Of a DNA stretch of 29,625 bases, positions 9,919 through 19,133 are shown piece after piece. The position numbers were made by a program, and so were the translations under genes. Under the pieces are notes generated by a model. It had not been told where the DNA came from and made no database searches. It was given only the letters and a program-made list of their open reading frames with translations. Each line of letters begins with the position of its first letter. Positions within the stretch are counted from its first letter, which is position 1. The stretch comes from a virus (taxonomy: Duplodnaviria; Caudoviricetes): positions 1-29,625 of the IMG/VR virus record IMGVR_UViG_3300048878_000309; one strand, 5' to 3'.

Positions 9919-10786
9919 AATCAAAGCCCACCCGCAATCCGCTGACTCAGAATTAATGGACAAACTTACGGGCGCCCTGTCAGCACCCGGCAGGTGGCTC
10001 CGCGAGGCGTTCGGGACAGACCAGGGCTCGACTGAGACTGAGTTTGTTTATCCTGAAGTTGAGAACTATTTCGACCCGGCGCTTCTCGAAGAGCGGGAGC
10101 GGCTGGATAAAGTGGCATCGGGCCAGCTCGCGACCCCGGAAGAGATCAGAGCGATCCAGGAGGCGCAGTCGTCAATGAGTCTTGTGCAGGGGCTGGCACG
10201 AGCTGCCCCCACCCGCACAGGCGCAGGTGCCGGTAGAATGGCCAGAGGCGCTGGAGCAGCCCTTGGTGCGCAACAGCAACAGGGGTTGACGGCGCTACGA
10301 GCTCACTCTGCTGAGTCGGCGAGGCTGCAAGGCCTGGCGATGACAGCACAGGAAGATGCTCTTAGTCGACAGCAACAGGAAGACATCCAGAACCAGCTCC
10401 TCCAACAGCGGATCGGGGAGCGCGAGCAGCTGGAGGGGCTTCGGGACCAGCGCCGAGCGGCTACGTCCACGGCGATTAGTGCGGCGGGGCAACTCTCGGA
10501 TTCAGACGAGCGCATCAAGAAGAATATAGGCAGTGGTGACAAGGCGATCGAGCAGCTGTTGGGCGCGTTGAGTGCCAAGCAGTTTGAGTTCAAAAAAGGC
10601 GGTGGGCCGCAGGTCGGGATTATCGCGCAGGACTTGAAGAAGGGTGGCCCCATGGGGAAGGAACTCCTGGGGCAGAACAAGGACGGGGTGCTGGGGATTA
10701 AGATTGATTCCTCCCCCGGCCCGGTGTTGGCGGCGCTCGCGTACTTAAACGAGAAGATTGACCGCCTGGCGGAAGGTAAAAAATGA
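9911..10786 (+). CDS. Putative ejection-region protein with C-terminal peptidase S74 (intramolecular chaperone) domain
   Basis: SDERIKKNI at 10502 (Ser-Lys dyad), F.FK, GIIAQDL and a terminal coiled coil (LNEKIDRL). N-terminus is Gln/Ala-rich and helical. Confidence 0.75.
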   Translation: MAEIKAHPQSADSELMDKLTGALSAPGRWLREAFGTDQGSTETEFVYPEVENYFDPALLEERERLDKVASGQLATPEEIRAIQEAQSSMSLVQGLARAAPTRTGAGAGRMARGAGAALGAQQQQGLTALRAHSAESARLQGLAMTAQEDALSRQQQEDIQNQLLQQRIGEREQLEGLRDQRRAATSTAISAAGQLSDSDERIKKNIGSGDKAIEQLLGALSAKQFEFKKGGGPQVGIIAQDLKKGGPMGKELLGQNKDGVLGIKIDSSPGPVLAALAYLNEKIDRLAEGKK

Positions 10787-12480
10787 GCGACGACCCAGAG
10801 TATTTTTCAAGTTGGCGCGAGTGGGACGAGTACAACCGCAACCTGCCAACGTATGAGCTCCGAGACTTCCTGGATTTACCCTCAGATGAAACAGAGGTTA
10901 CTCCCCAGGAACGTGCGGAATACCGAGCGTACAACCAGAAGCGTCACAACGAGGACCGGGCGCTTATGGGGTTACCCCCTGCTCCGATTCGTAAAGCAGG
11001 CGGTCCGCCCGACCCTGCAATCCAGGCCGAGAAACAGAAGGTCATCGCCCGCCACGCGATGTCTAGAACAGGCCTTGGTGGGTTGGCCAAGGCAGCGCTC
11101 GCGAAACGGGGTGAGGCAGATCCCAGCTTCTTGCCCGCCAGTTGGACGAAGGATAGTCGCCCAGTCAAGAAGAGCGGCATTGACCCCGCGTTCAAGACAG
11201 ATACCGGCGATGTGGCAGCTGCACCTGTGTTGGCGCCCACCGAGCAGCTGCGATCCATGCAGGAAAAGTCCAAGGCGGTTGCTCAGCAGATGCGGCTGGA
11301 GCAGGGCGAGGGGGGACTCGGCGACCAGAAGGCGGAGCTCCAGAGGATAGATGCGGCTGAGAAGGGGCAGAAGCAACAGGACATTCTCAACTTCCAGGAG
11401 GAACAGCAGTTCCGCGGGGCTGAGTTTATCCGAGACTATGACGACCTTCGAGAAGAGGAACTCTATTTCAATATCGAGCCGCGGGATATTAAGCGCTATA
11501 AAAGCGTATTGGCGGTAGAAGACGACCCCAACTGGACAGACGAGGAACGCTTCCGGTTGCGGGTGCAGCAGGCCGAGGCACAGCGGCGGCTCGACGAGGG
11601 GAGGTCGCTGAATACGGCGGGTCCTTACAAGTCGCTGATGTCCAAATTTATGGCAGGGTTGGCGGTAGCGGCAGGCTCGTGGGCTGCGGTGCGTACCGGT
11701 CGCAACCCGGCGCTGGAGATATTCCAGAACGCCATCAAGAACGATATTCTCGCACAGCGGGATGAGGCGTCTCGACGGGCCGGGAGGACTACCAGGGCCG
11801 TCAATGCGTTCGACCGTATCAACCGCATCTATCGAGACGACCTCCAGACGACGATGACCCTAAGCGGGCTCCACTACGGCAAGGCTGCGGACTTGGTGCA
11901 GGCTAAAATTGAGCAGACCAAGTCGAAAATCGAAGGCCAGAAGCTGCGCGGACTCTATAACGAGTTGCGGCGCCAGGAAGCGGCCTATGTAGACAAGGCC
12001 AAGAAGGAGTTTGCGCTGGCGAACCAGGGTATCTCCATCGGTATCAAAGGGATCCGCTGGGTTGGACCGCCGGGCATTACGCCGGACATCAAGGAAGTTC
12101 GGCTTATCAAGGAAGCGGCATCCGAATACTACAAGTACACGCGGAAGCTGGAGGAGATGAAGAAGTTTACCGGGGACTACATGGCCCCCTGGTCCCAACG
12201 GCTGGCCAAGGCGCGGGTTGTCTGGGAGGACATCATCTCCCTCGCAGGGAAGCTCGGACAGAAGGGTGTCTTGCAGGAATTTGAGAGAGAGAAACTCGAA
12301 GAAGTGGTTCCTGAGGTGGGGACATTCAAGGAGGAGGTGTTGGACCAACTCGGAGCAGCCATGGATCAGCTGAAGATCCAGGTTGAGCACGACTGGCGCG
12401 GGTATATGGAACACCGAACACACTACAAGGTGTCCAACGAAGCTTTCAGGACCGGCGAAATGGGTAGAGCGGCAGAATAA
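10783..12480 (+). CDS. Putative internal virion / DNA ejection protein
   Basis: 565 aa helical protein with hydrophobic segment FMAGLAVAAGSWAAV, in the position of podoviral ejection genes. Confidence 0.6.
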   Translation: MSDDPEYFSSWREWDEYNRNLPTYELRDFLDLPSDETEVTPQERAEYRAYNQKRHNEDRALMGLPPAPIRKAGGPPDPAIQAEKQKVIARHAMSRTGLGGLAKAALAKRGEADPSFLPASWTKDSRPVKKSGIDPAFKTDTGDVAAAPVLAPTEQLRSMQEKSKAVAQQMRLEQGEGGLGDQKAELQRIDAAEKGQKQQDILNFQEEQQFRGAEFIRDYDDLREEELYFNIEPRDIKRYKSVLAVEDDPNWTDEERFRLRVQQAEAQRRLDEGRSLNTAGPYKSLMSKFMAGLAVAAGSWAAVRTGRNPALEIFQNAIKNDILAQRDEASRRAGRTTRAVNAFDRINRIYRDDLQTTMTLSGLHYGKAADLVQAKIEQTKSKIEGQKLRGLYNELRRQEAAYVDKAKKEFALANQGISIGIKGIRWVGPPGITPDIKEVRLIKEAASEYYKYTRKLEEMKKFTGDYMAPWSQRLAKARVVWEDIISLAGKLGQKGVLQEFEREKLEEVVPEVGTFKEEVLDQLGAAMDQLKIQVEHDWRGYMEHRTHYKVSNEAFRTGEMGRAAE

Positions 12481-12492
12481 ACGGAGGCCCAC

Positions 12493-15400
12493 GTGGCAGA
12501 CCTTTTCGACAAACAGAATGAGAGCATCACCCAGGTGCCTGATGCGCAGGTCGTTGATGCTCTGCGTTCGCGTCAGTACAATCTGCCTTCCGACCTGGTC
12601 ACCGATGATAACCATGTGCGGATGGTGTCCCCTGAGGGGAACGCCCGCGAAATCCCGATGGACCAGCTCTGGGATGCTTTCGAGAAGCAGTACCGGCTGG
12701 AACCCATCGCCGCCAAAGAGCAGCGCGACCTCCACACGGACCTGGACAACCCGCTTGCAGGTGCAGCGGCAGTGGCGTTGGGCGGCCTCAAGGGATTTAC
12801 GCTGACAGGGATAGAGCCGGGGCTTGTAATGGCTGGCGTCAATCCCGACACCCTCCGGGCTTTACAGGATGTGCATTCCGGCAAGTATATGGGGAGTGAG
12901 CTTGTCGGGGCCTTCTGGGGTCTGGGTAAGGCCAAAACGCCCATCGGTATGCTGGCCCAGTTTTCGAATAAGCAGGGCAGGAAGGTAAGCGAGGCCTACG
13001 CGGCCAGGATATTGGGTGGCGCGGGCGTTTCGGGGCAGGGGATTAACCTCCTCACAAGCAAAGCCGTGGGCAAAGGCGCAGAGCGTCTCCGCCGAGCGAA
13101 GCTGAAAACGGCGACCATTGGCACCGAGGCGATGATTGACGGCGTCGGCTTTTCAGCAGGCCAGTATGCTAATGACGCCTTCCTTGGTCGAATAGATTAT
13201 ACCGGACAAACCCTGGCAGAGAGCGCCTGGCAGGCGGGGGGGTATCTCGTACACGGCGCGGCCTTCGGGCTTGGGGTCGGCGGGGTTATGGGGGCTCTGA
13301 GCGTCCCCGTTAAGTCTGGCATTCGGAGCTTCACGAAGGGCTATCCTACGGTTGCGCAGTTTGTTGGCCCCGTCATCGCAGCCGACAAGGAGATGTGGAA
13401 GAGGATCAGGGAATCCGACAACCCGACCGAGACGGCGCTCAACGAGCTCATCGGGCATCACTCGCTCCAGGCGCTGGACATCCGAAACAAGACGCTGATG
13501 GGCCGGCTCAGAGGGCAGAAGGTCTTCAATCCCGAAACCGGGAAATTTATCGACCGGTACGAGGCGGCGAAGATATTCCTCCAGACAGCCAGGATTAAGG
13601 GGCCGCATGGGGAGATGGTGCCGCTTATTGACGGCGCGACCTCTCTGGATGACCTTGCGAGCAGGCTGCATAAGGCTGCGGAGAAAGAGGGCGGGTTCCT
13701 GCGGGACAAGGTGTATCCGTGGCTCGATAAGTTTGGCTACGGAGCCGAAAAGCGAGGCGGCAGGACTGCTGATGACGTCTGGGTTGGGGTGAACCCAATT
13801 GCCGTCGTACACGGCCTTGAGAACCTCGCCAAGAGCCTTGGCAGGGAAACTGACGCCCCAATGAGGGCCTTTGTGCAAAAGCACGTAGAGGGCCTTAAAA
13901 TCCGTATCATGAACGAAGCTGGAATCCCTGAGCTGATTCCGACTACGACGCTCAGACGGCCAAAGCCAACAACAGGCGGAGCTGACTACTTCAAGGTAAC
14001 CGCTCGCCGAGCGCGAGAAGGGAGCCAAACTGAGTTGGAAGTTGTTGAAGGCACCCGCAAGCGGGACTTCCAGAAAGACTACGTCGACCGGCTAAACACC
14101 AAGGGCAATCCCCGAAAGGATACCCACGAGGCCCTCCGCGACCTCCGTAGGCGGCGGGAGTCGATCGACAAGCAGAGCACAACGGTGTTTTCTGAAGAGA
14201 CAAGACTAAAGAATGAATATGATAGGCTTGTGGCTGCCGAGAAGGAACTCTACGAAACCTTCGGCCCATCTGTTCACAAAGAAATCGATGATGTTCTCCG
14301 ACCAGCGGCAGAAAAGGAAGTGAACGCTGCCCGACAAGCGGCGATGACCAAGGCCGTTCAGGCTGAAGAACGAGCTGCCGCCCTTCAGAAACACAGGCTT
14401 GACCTCCAGAAGGAGAAGGGTGGCACTCGCCAGGAGAAGAAAGAACGAGCCAGGGTCCTCAAGGAGATTGACGATGAGATCCTGGCGCTGGGCATATCAC
14501 GCAGAACTATTGCGGAGGAGTTTAGAGTTCAGGAAAAGGCGCTACTCGATGGACTGAGCGACCAGGAAAAGGCGCTACTCGATGACCTGGGAACCAGGCA
14601 AGGGCAGCATGGCGAGGCCGTAGACTCGTATAACAAGGCGAACGCAGACACCGCCTACGGCGAGAAGCTTAATGACTATATGGCGTCGATCAAGGAACTC
14701 GACGATGAGATTGTCCGGCTTGAGGGCCTCCTCCCAACAATGCCCAAACCCGACTTTGAGTTCCGGCCAGTACGTTGGACCCTCGCCCAGGCCCGTAAAA
14801 ACCGCGATGGCTACGACCCAAAGTCGATGTTCAACCGAACAGAGGCCCCCGTCAACGCCATGACCGCCAGGGCCATGCGCCGGATATGGGGAGATGAAAT
14901 CAACGCATCGACAGACCGGATTCTCCAGAATATGAACTTCGGTGGCCGGGCCAAGGACCTTGTACCCAGACACCTGGGGGGTCGACCGATGACCCCGCAA
15001 GAGGTCCTCCAAGAGATTAATAAAGCCAAGGCCAATTTCGCCATTGCAGACGACCTCCGGGCCATGGCACAGAACGGCGCCAACGCGAACCTCGCACACA
15101 GTGCCGTATCCCTCAACGAAGCACTCATGGGTGTTGCTGGTTCAGCATCTGGACAGAGCGTGGCAGCCGGCATGACTCTGGCCGCCGGGTATCGGTTCGC
15201 ACGGCGCTACGGTCACTCCGCCCAGGTCGGAGGCTACCGCCGCCTGGCAGGGCTGGAGGCTGTCAGGAGTGGCAGTGTTGACCAAATGGTCAAGAGCGCG
15301 AACAAGTTTATTCAAGACCAGTCGAGGAACCCGACCCCGTATATTATGATGGGGACTAAGGCGGTGAACAGGCTCACGCTGGAACCCGCAGACAAGGAGG

Positions 15401-16077
15401 GGTTCCGGGGCAGGCAGGCGGCTGTGATAGACCTGGCCGACCAGCTCGCAGACCTCAAGACCCGGCCCGCCGATGTGGCAGACCGCGTGTCCCTGGCGCT
15501 GCGGGACCTGGAGGAAATTGCACCGGATGTCGCAGCCAAGGTGGCCGAAACCCGCATTAGAGGGCTCAACCTCCTTACTGAGAAAGCCATCGAGCTCCGC
15601 CCGGCCCGCCGCTTTAACCAGTTGCAGCCGGCGGTCTTCGCTGACGCTGACCTCAGCCCTTCTGCGGTGTCCCGGTTTGAGCGATACGTCGGCGCCGTCG
15701 CACAGTTCGCCAAGCAGTTTTTTGCGGAGCTCCAAGCCGGGGTTACTTCCGCCGAAACGATCGAGGTAGGAACTATTGTCTACCCCGAGATTCTCGACGA
15801 AATCAGAATACAGATTGCGGAAGAGCTTGGAAGCTCCGACCAGGTCATGCAGCCCTGGAAGACCGCGGCTCTGTCCAAATTGTACCGCGGCGGCGTCACC
15901 GCTGACCGCAGCCCAGACTTCCTTCGCAGACAAGTTCTGGTGTATGCTACAGAGAGAGAAGAGAACGTCGAGAAATCGGCGTCCCTAGCCGGTATACGCC
16001 GGCCTAAAAAGCGGACTTCAGACCGCAAATCAATGACCGAGACAGCCTCGCAACGCATCGCGGGGAACTTGGGATAG
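12493..16077 (+). CDS. Large internal virion / DNA ejection protein
   Basis: 1194 aa, GTG start with GGAGG RBS, Gly/Ala-rich hydrophobic helices and a long central coiled coil. Confidence 0.65.
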   Translation: MADLFDKQNESITQVPDAQVVDALRSRQYNLPSDLVTDDNHVRMVSPEGNAREIPMDQLWDAFEKQYRLEPIAAKEQRDLHTDLDNPLAGAAAVALGGLKGFTLTGIEPGLVMAGVNPDTLRALQDVHSGKYMGSELVGAFWGLGKAKTPIGMLAQFSNKQGRKVSEAYAARILGGAGVSGQGINLLTSKAVGKGAERLRRAKLKTATIGTEAMIDGVGFSAGQYANDAFLGRIDYTGQTLAESAWQAGGYLVHGAAFGLGVGGVMGALSVPVKSGIRSFTKGYPTVAQFVGPVIAADKEMWKRIRESDNPTETALNELIGHHSLQALDIRNKTLMGRLRGQKVFNPETGKFIDRYEAAKIFLQTARIKGPHGEMVPLIDGATSLDDLASRLHKAAEKEGGFLRDKVYPWLDKFGYGAEKRGGRTADDVWVGVNPIAVVHGLENLAKSLGRETDAPMRAFVQKHVEGLKIRIMNEAGIPELIPTTTLRRPKPTTGGADYFKVTARRAREGSQTELEVVEGTRKRDFQKDYVDRLNTKGNPRKDTHEALRDLRRRRESIDKQSTTVFSEETRLKNEYDRLVAAEKELYETFGPSVHKEIDDVLRPAAEKEVNAARQAAMTKAVQAEERAAALQKHRLDLQKEKGGTRQEKKERARVLKEIDDEILALGISRRTIAEEFRVQEKALLDGLSDQEKALLDDLGTRQGQHGEAVDSYNKANADTAYGEKLNDYMASIKELDDEIVRLEGLLPTMPKPDFEFRPVRWTLAQARKNRDGYDPKSMFNRTEAPVNAMTARAMRRIWGDEINASTDRILQNMNFGGRAKDLVPRHLGGRPMTPQEVLQEINKAKANFAIADDLRAMAQNGANANLAHSAVSLNEALMGVAGSASGQSVAAGMTLAAGYRFARRYGHSAQVGGYRRLAGLEAVRSGSVDQMVKSANKFIQDQSRNPTPYIMMGTKAVNRLTLEPADKEGFRGRQAAVIDLADQLADLKTRPADVADRVSLALRDLEEIAPDVAAKVAETRIRGLNLLTEKAIELRPARRFNQLQPAVFADADLSPSAVSRFERYVGAVAQFAKQFFAELQAGVTSAETIEVGTIVYPEILDEIRIQIAEELGSSDQVMQPWKTAALSKLYRGGVTADRSPDFLRRQVLVYATEREENVEKSASLAGIRRPKKRTSDRKSMTETASQRIAGNLG
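14530..14584 (+). repeat. Exact 22-bp direct repeat, period 33 nt
   Basis: CAGGAAAAGGCGCTACTCGATG at 14530-14551 and 14563-14584, encoding QEKALLD twice. Confidence 0.9.
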
Positions 16078-16086
16078 GAATTTAGA

Positions 16087-16413
16087 ATGCACACAGTCCA
16101 GTATCACGAGACTTTCACCGGCACCTTGCCGGGCCTGCCCGTCATTGCGATGGAGTTGAAGGTGTATGACAACATCTCAACGGCCATCCACTGTCTTAGC
16201 ACGAGCGCAGGTACGACATTCAAGACGCAGTACTGCTACACCGACCCGGTGACCAAGGCGGTCACGGCCTATGACTATGACACTGCGGCGCCAGCGGCGG
16301 GGGTGCTTCATGTCTTCAACTACCAATACAAGGTAGATCACATCAGGGTCGTTATTACCGGGACAGGCACCAGCGGCGGAACTATCCGAATCACTGGCAA
16401 CGTAGCTTCGTAG
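16087..16413 (+). CDS. Small beta-rich virion protein (putative)
   Basis: 108 aa with AGGA RBS, just upstream of the tail fibre. Confidence 0.65.
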   Translation: MHTVQYHETFTGTLPGLPVIAMELKVYDNISTAIHCLSTSAGTTFKTQYCYTDPVTKAVTAYDYDTAAPAAGVLHVFNYQYKVDHIRVVITGTGTSGGTIRITGNVAS

Positions 16414-16422
16414 GAGAACGAA

Positions 16423-18237
16423 ATGGTAGACGCAGTAGTTACATCCAGGCCTAGTGCCGGTGGTGGTGGTGGTTCTTTCACTGCGGACTCTCCGCCGACT
16501 CCGGCAGACGAGACTGCCCAGCTTTTCGGGCAGGTCGTTACGGACACTCGGCCCGAGATTCTTTACCTGTTTAACGGTAACGTGACCAACGACGGGAACC
16601 TTGGCGCAGCAGGTCATGGGACGGCAACCGGGATTACCTATGCGGAAGCACTGGGTGCCACGATTGCGGACTTCGGGGATGCGGCTGTATTTACCGATGC
16701 CCTCGATGCCATCGCTGTTGGGGGGTATGCCTCTCCGTTCAAGCTATCAGCAAACGATGGACGCGGTGACTTTGAGATGGTGTTCCGGTTCCGATTTGAA
16801 GCAGTGGACAAGCTCTACACGCTGGTCAGCACTGACACCACCACGCTTGGCACTACGCTGAATACGACCAACGGGTTCTACTCGGTGCTGGTCGATACCG
16901 CCAGTGCGTCTGCGGTCAAATTCGAGTACACCCTTGCAGGGACGCTGAACCTTCTGACATGGACTGCCGGAACCCTTGTCGTTGATACGGATTACCATCT
17001 TGTGGTTTCGTTCAAGGCCAACATAGACACCTTTGGTGGGGATGGCACAGGAGTCGGGGTGTTCCGGTGTTTCCTTGATGGTGTCGCGCTCGCAGACGAG
17101 GGGAACGCCAGCAATAAGTTCATTGCGTCCCCGGCTGGGGTGGTTGATGTGGGGTTTCAGTCCGGTTCAACTAACTGGCCCTTGAGCCTTGGGCGGTATC
17201 TGAACGGAACCGCTGTTGAGGCTGTGACTGGGGATGTCATCCTTGGCTTTGATGGCAATTTGGACGACCTAAAGGGAGGTCCTGCCGGGTCGATAATAGG
17301 CAACCCTCTGGGGAACGCCAGTAACGCCCAGTATGAAGCCTCACCTCTCGGTGGTCAGCAGATTCGTATCCAAAACACTAGCAATACTTCGAATAATAAC
17401 TATGTGACTATCCCTAACCCACTTACGGTTGGGAATTCTGCCTTTACCATAGACTTCTGGGTTAAGGCGGAGGGTGGTAGTTCATACCACGGCAATAACG
17501 AATACGCCTATTGGCTTTCTGACTACCAATACCCCAGCAACAGTGGCAATGCTTTAGCCCTCTATGCTTTCTCTGGCTCCAATGCAGCGAGTCACAAGAT
17601 TGTATTTCTGAACGGCGGAAATGGGAATGTCAGTTGGAACTATGATTGGGGGAATCCCGGCTCAAGCATCAGCAGTGGGACCGGGGATCAGATGGTTCAC
17701 ATCGCCCTTGTTCGGGAGGCTCAGATTGGCACCAAGACCAACGTAAAGCTGGCCGTTAACGGCATATGGAAATCGCCAGCCACTTCCTCGAATGTAAATG
17801 CGAACAATTTCTCCACCACTTGGCTTTGGTACTTGGGTAAGCATTATAGCTATGGCTATAATCCCCGCGACGCTTCATTTGATGAACTTCGCATAACAAT
17901 GAGCGGCACCCTCTTCCCTGCATCGAACTTCAACAACGACCTTCCTGCGCGGCACGCTGGCTTCGACTCTGCGGATAGAGACTTCGCCGGTAAAATGGAC
18001 GAGTTCGCGGTGTACAACAAGCGATGCATCCATGACACCAGCGAGACGTTCGAGAAGCCGGTATTGCCGATTAGGGACACAGCCCTCACGATAGCTGCGG
18101 GGATGGACTCGGAGGGGGCTCACGGGCAGATTGTCACCACCCGGAACGCTGGTTATGTCATTCCGAATAGCCAACAGGGGCTTCCGGGGGCTTCTCTTTA
18201 CAACGAAGATGGCTTCGTGAAGATTCGCCCCGTATGA
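16423..18237 (+). CDS. Tail fibre / receptor-binding protein with LamG (ConA-like) domains
   Basis: LamG motifs occur twice: DFEMVFRF..YHLVVS..FLDG..LSLGR..FAGKMDEFAVYN and FTIDFWVK..HIALVR..AVNG..YLGK..FDELRIT. Confidence 0.8.
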   Translation: MVDAVVTSRPSAGGGGGSFTADSPPTPADETAQLFGQVVTDTRPEILYLFNGNVTNDGNLGAAGHGTATGITYAEALGATIADFGDAAVFTDALDAIAVGGYASPFKLSANDGRGDFEMVFRFRFEAVDKLYTLVSTDTTTLGTTLNTTNGFYSVLVDTASASAVKFEYTLAGTLNLLTWTAGTLVVDTDYHLVVSFKANIDTFGGDGTGVGVFRCFLDGVALADEGNASNKFIASPAGVVDVGFQSGSTNWPLSLGRYLNGTAVEAVTGDVILGFDGNLDDLKGGPAGSIIGNPLGNASNAQYEASPLGGQQIRIQNTSNTSNNNYVTIPNPLTVGNSAFTIDFWVKAEGGSSYHGNNEYAYWLSDYQYPSNSGNALALYAFSGSNAASHKIVFLNGGNGNVSWNYDWGNPGSSISSGTGDQMVHIALVREAQIGTKTNVKLAVNGIWKSPATSSNVNANNFSTTWLWYLGKHYSYGYNPRDASFDELRITMSGTLFPASNFNNDLPARHAGFDSADRDFAGKMDEFAVYNKRCIHDTSETFEKPVLPIRDTALTIAAGMDSEGAHGQIVTTRNAGYVIPNSQQGLPGASLYNEDGFVKIRPV

Positions 18238-18401
18238 GAATACTCATTCCCCTGCTACTCCTGGGGGTACTGGCCGGCTGTCCTGGGACCAAGGCCAATG
18301 CCCCGCCGTGCGTCAACGACAACAAAGAGATCTGCAAGTTCGCGGACCCTACCCAGTTGGAATATTGGGAGGATGAAATCGCACAGCTGGACTGTCCCTG
18401 A
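18234..18401 (+). CDS. Small Cys-rich lipoprotein (55 aa, not in the ORF track)
   Basis: MRILIPLLLLGVLAG/CPGTKANAPPCVNDNKEICKFADPTQLEYWEDEIAQLDCP*. Lipobox LAGC; ATGA overlap upstream and TGATG overlap downstream. Confidence 0.8.
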   Translation: MRILIPLLLLGVLAGCPGTKANAPPCVNDNKEICKFADPTQLEYWEDEIAQLDCP

Positions 18402-18685
18402 TGGACCCGCTGGAGCAGGGGGGACTCACCGCTGCTCTGGTGGCCATGGTGATGGCCGTGACCAAACTCGTTCAAAGCCTGGCGACCCGGCGTAGCGGGA
18501 ACGGGGTTCCAACAAAGCTGGCCCTCATTGAGGCGAAGCTGAACGCCATCGGCGAAGATGTAACGAGCGTTAAGCAAGACGTCAGCGAGATAAACGATCG
18601 CTTCTTTGAGTTGAGAGAAGAGGTTCGATTACACAACGTGCGCGAGCAGGTTCTACGAGAGGTTAAGCATGAATCGTCTGGGTAA
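18401..18685 (+). CDS. Membrane protein, 1 TM + coiled coil (holin- or i-spanin-like)
   Basis: N-terminal hydrophobic helix GGLTAALVAMVMAV followed by a heptad coiled coil, in the lysis-cassette position. Confidence 0.6.
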   Translation: MDPLEQGGLTAALVAMVMAVTKLVQSLATRRSGNGVPTKLALIEAKLNAIGEDVTSVKQDVSEINDRFFELREEVRLHNVREQVLREVKHESSG

Positions 18686-18890
18686 ATCTTCCTGGAAGTC
18701 CGGTGAAACGTGGGCGCTCATCCTTGCCGGGTTCATGGAGTCACTCCAGGCCGCGGGGGTCTTTCACCAAGACTCGGTTGGAGCTCACGTTATCGCAGGG
18801 CTCGCGGCTCTCTTTGCTGTGCTGAGAACGGGCCTGAAAGCTTCGGAGGCCAAGTCCATCGCGCACATGGTATCAAAAAAAAAATCCTAG
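18669..18890 (+). CDS. Holin-like membrane protein (2 hydrophobic helices)
   Basis: 73 aa, GAGG RBS, WKSGETW followed by two hydrophobic segments and a basic C-terminus ending on an A10 run. Confidence 0.65.
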   Translation: MNRLGKSSWKSGETWALILAGFMESLQAAGVFHQDSVGAHVIAGLAALFAVLRTGLKASEAKSIAHMVSKKKS

Positions 18891-19081
18891 ATGTCGCCAC
18901 AGACTCTGGTCACCTCTCAGCTCTTGCGTCGGTTAATCATCAGCGGCTCCGGGCTGACCTCCGAATGGCTGCTGGAATCGGTGCGCAGGTGGATTTCGTT
19001 GCAGAAGCATATGCAGAGCACTTCATCGAAACTAACGAGACAGAGTGGGGAGCGTTCGCGGGAGTGAAGTTTATCTGGTAG
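18875..19081 (+). CDS. -1 frame extension of the holin-like gene (candidate recoded product of about 137 aa, 18669..19081)
   Basis: A10 at 18875-18884 lies just before the stop. The -1 frame continues ILDVATDSGH...EWGAFAGVKFIW* and fills otherwise empty DNA. Confidence 0.55.
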   Translation, partial: KKKILDVATDSGHLSALASVNHQRLRADLRMAAGIGAQVDFVAEAYAEHFIETNETEWGAFAGVKFIW

Positions 19082-19084
19082 TTT

Positions 19085-19133
19085 GCCGGGCCGTCAGGCT
19101 CTATCTAGGGTTTGACGACCCGGCCAGGTCAAA
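19085..19133 (+). terminator. Long hairpin between convergent operons (terminator or processing element)
   Basis: GCCGGG-c-CGTCA-GGCTCT(atct)AGGGTT-TGACG-a-CCCGGC at 19085-19124, with G.U pairs on the + RNA. No canonical U-tract follows. Confidence 0.45.

Noticed and set aside
11860-15933. Long antisense ORFs (11860..12735, 13153..14028, 15142..15933)
   Set aside because: Typical shadow frames opposite long GC-rich genes, with no motifs.
17101-17321. GGGAACGCCAG repeated at 17101 and 17311 as an insertion scar
   Set aside because: Only 11 bp, and it does not coincide with the inferred insert boundaries.
18710-18874. N-terminal half of the 123-aa ORF 18710..19081 as an independent gene
   Set aside because: It reads as an off-frame shadow of the holin-like gene with no clear RBS. 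Only the part after the A10 run looks protein-like.
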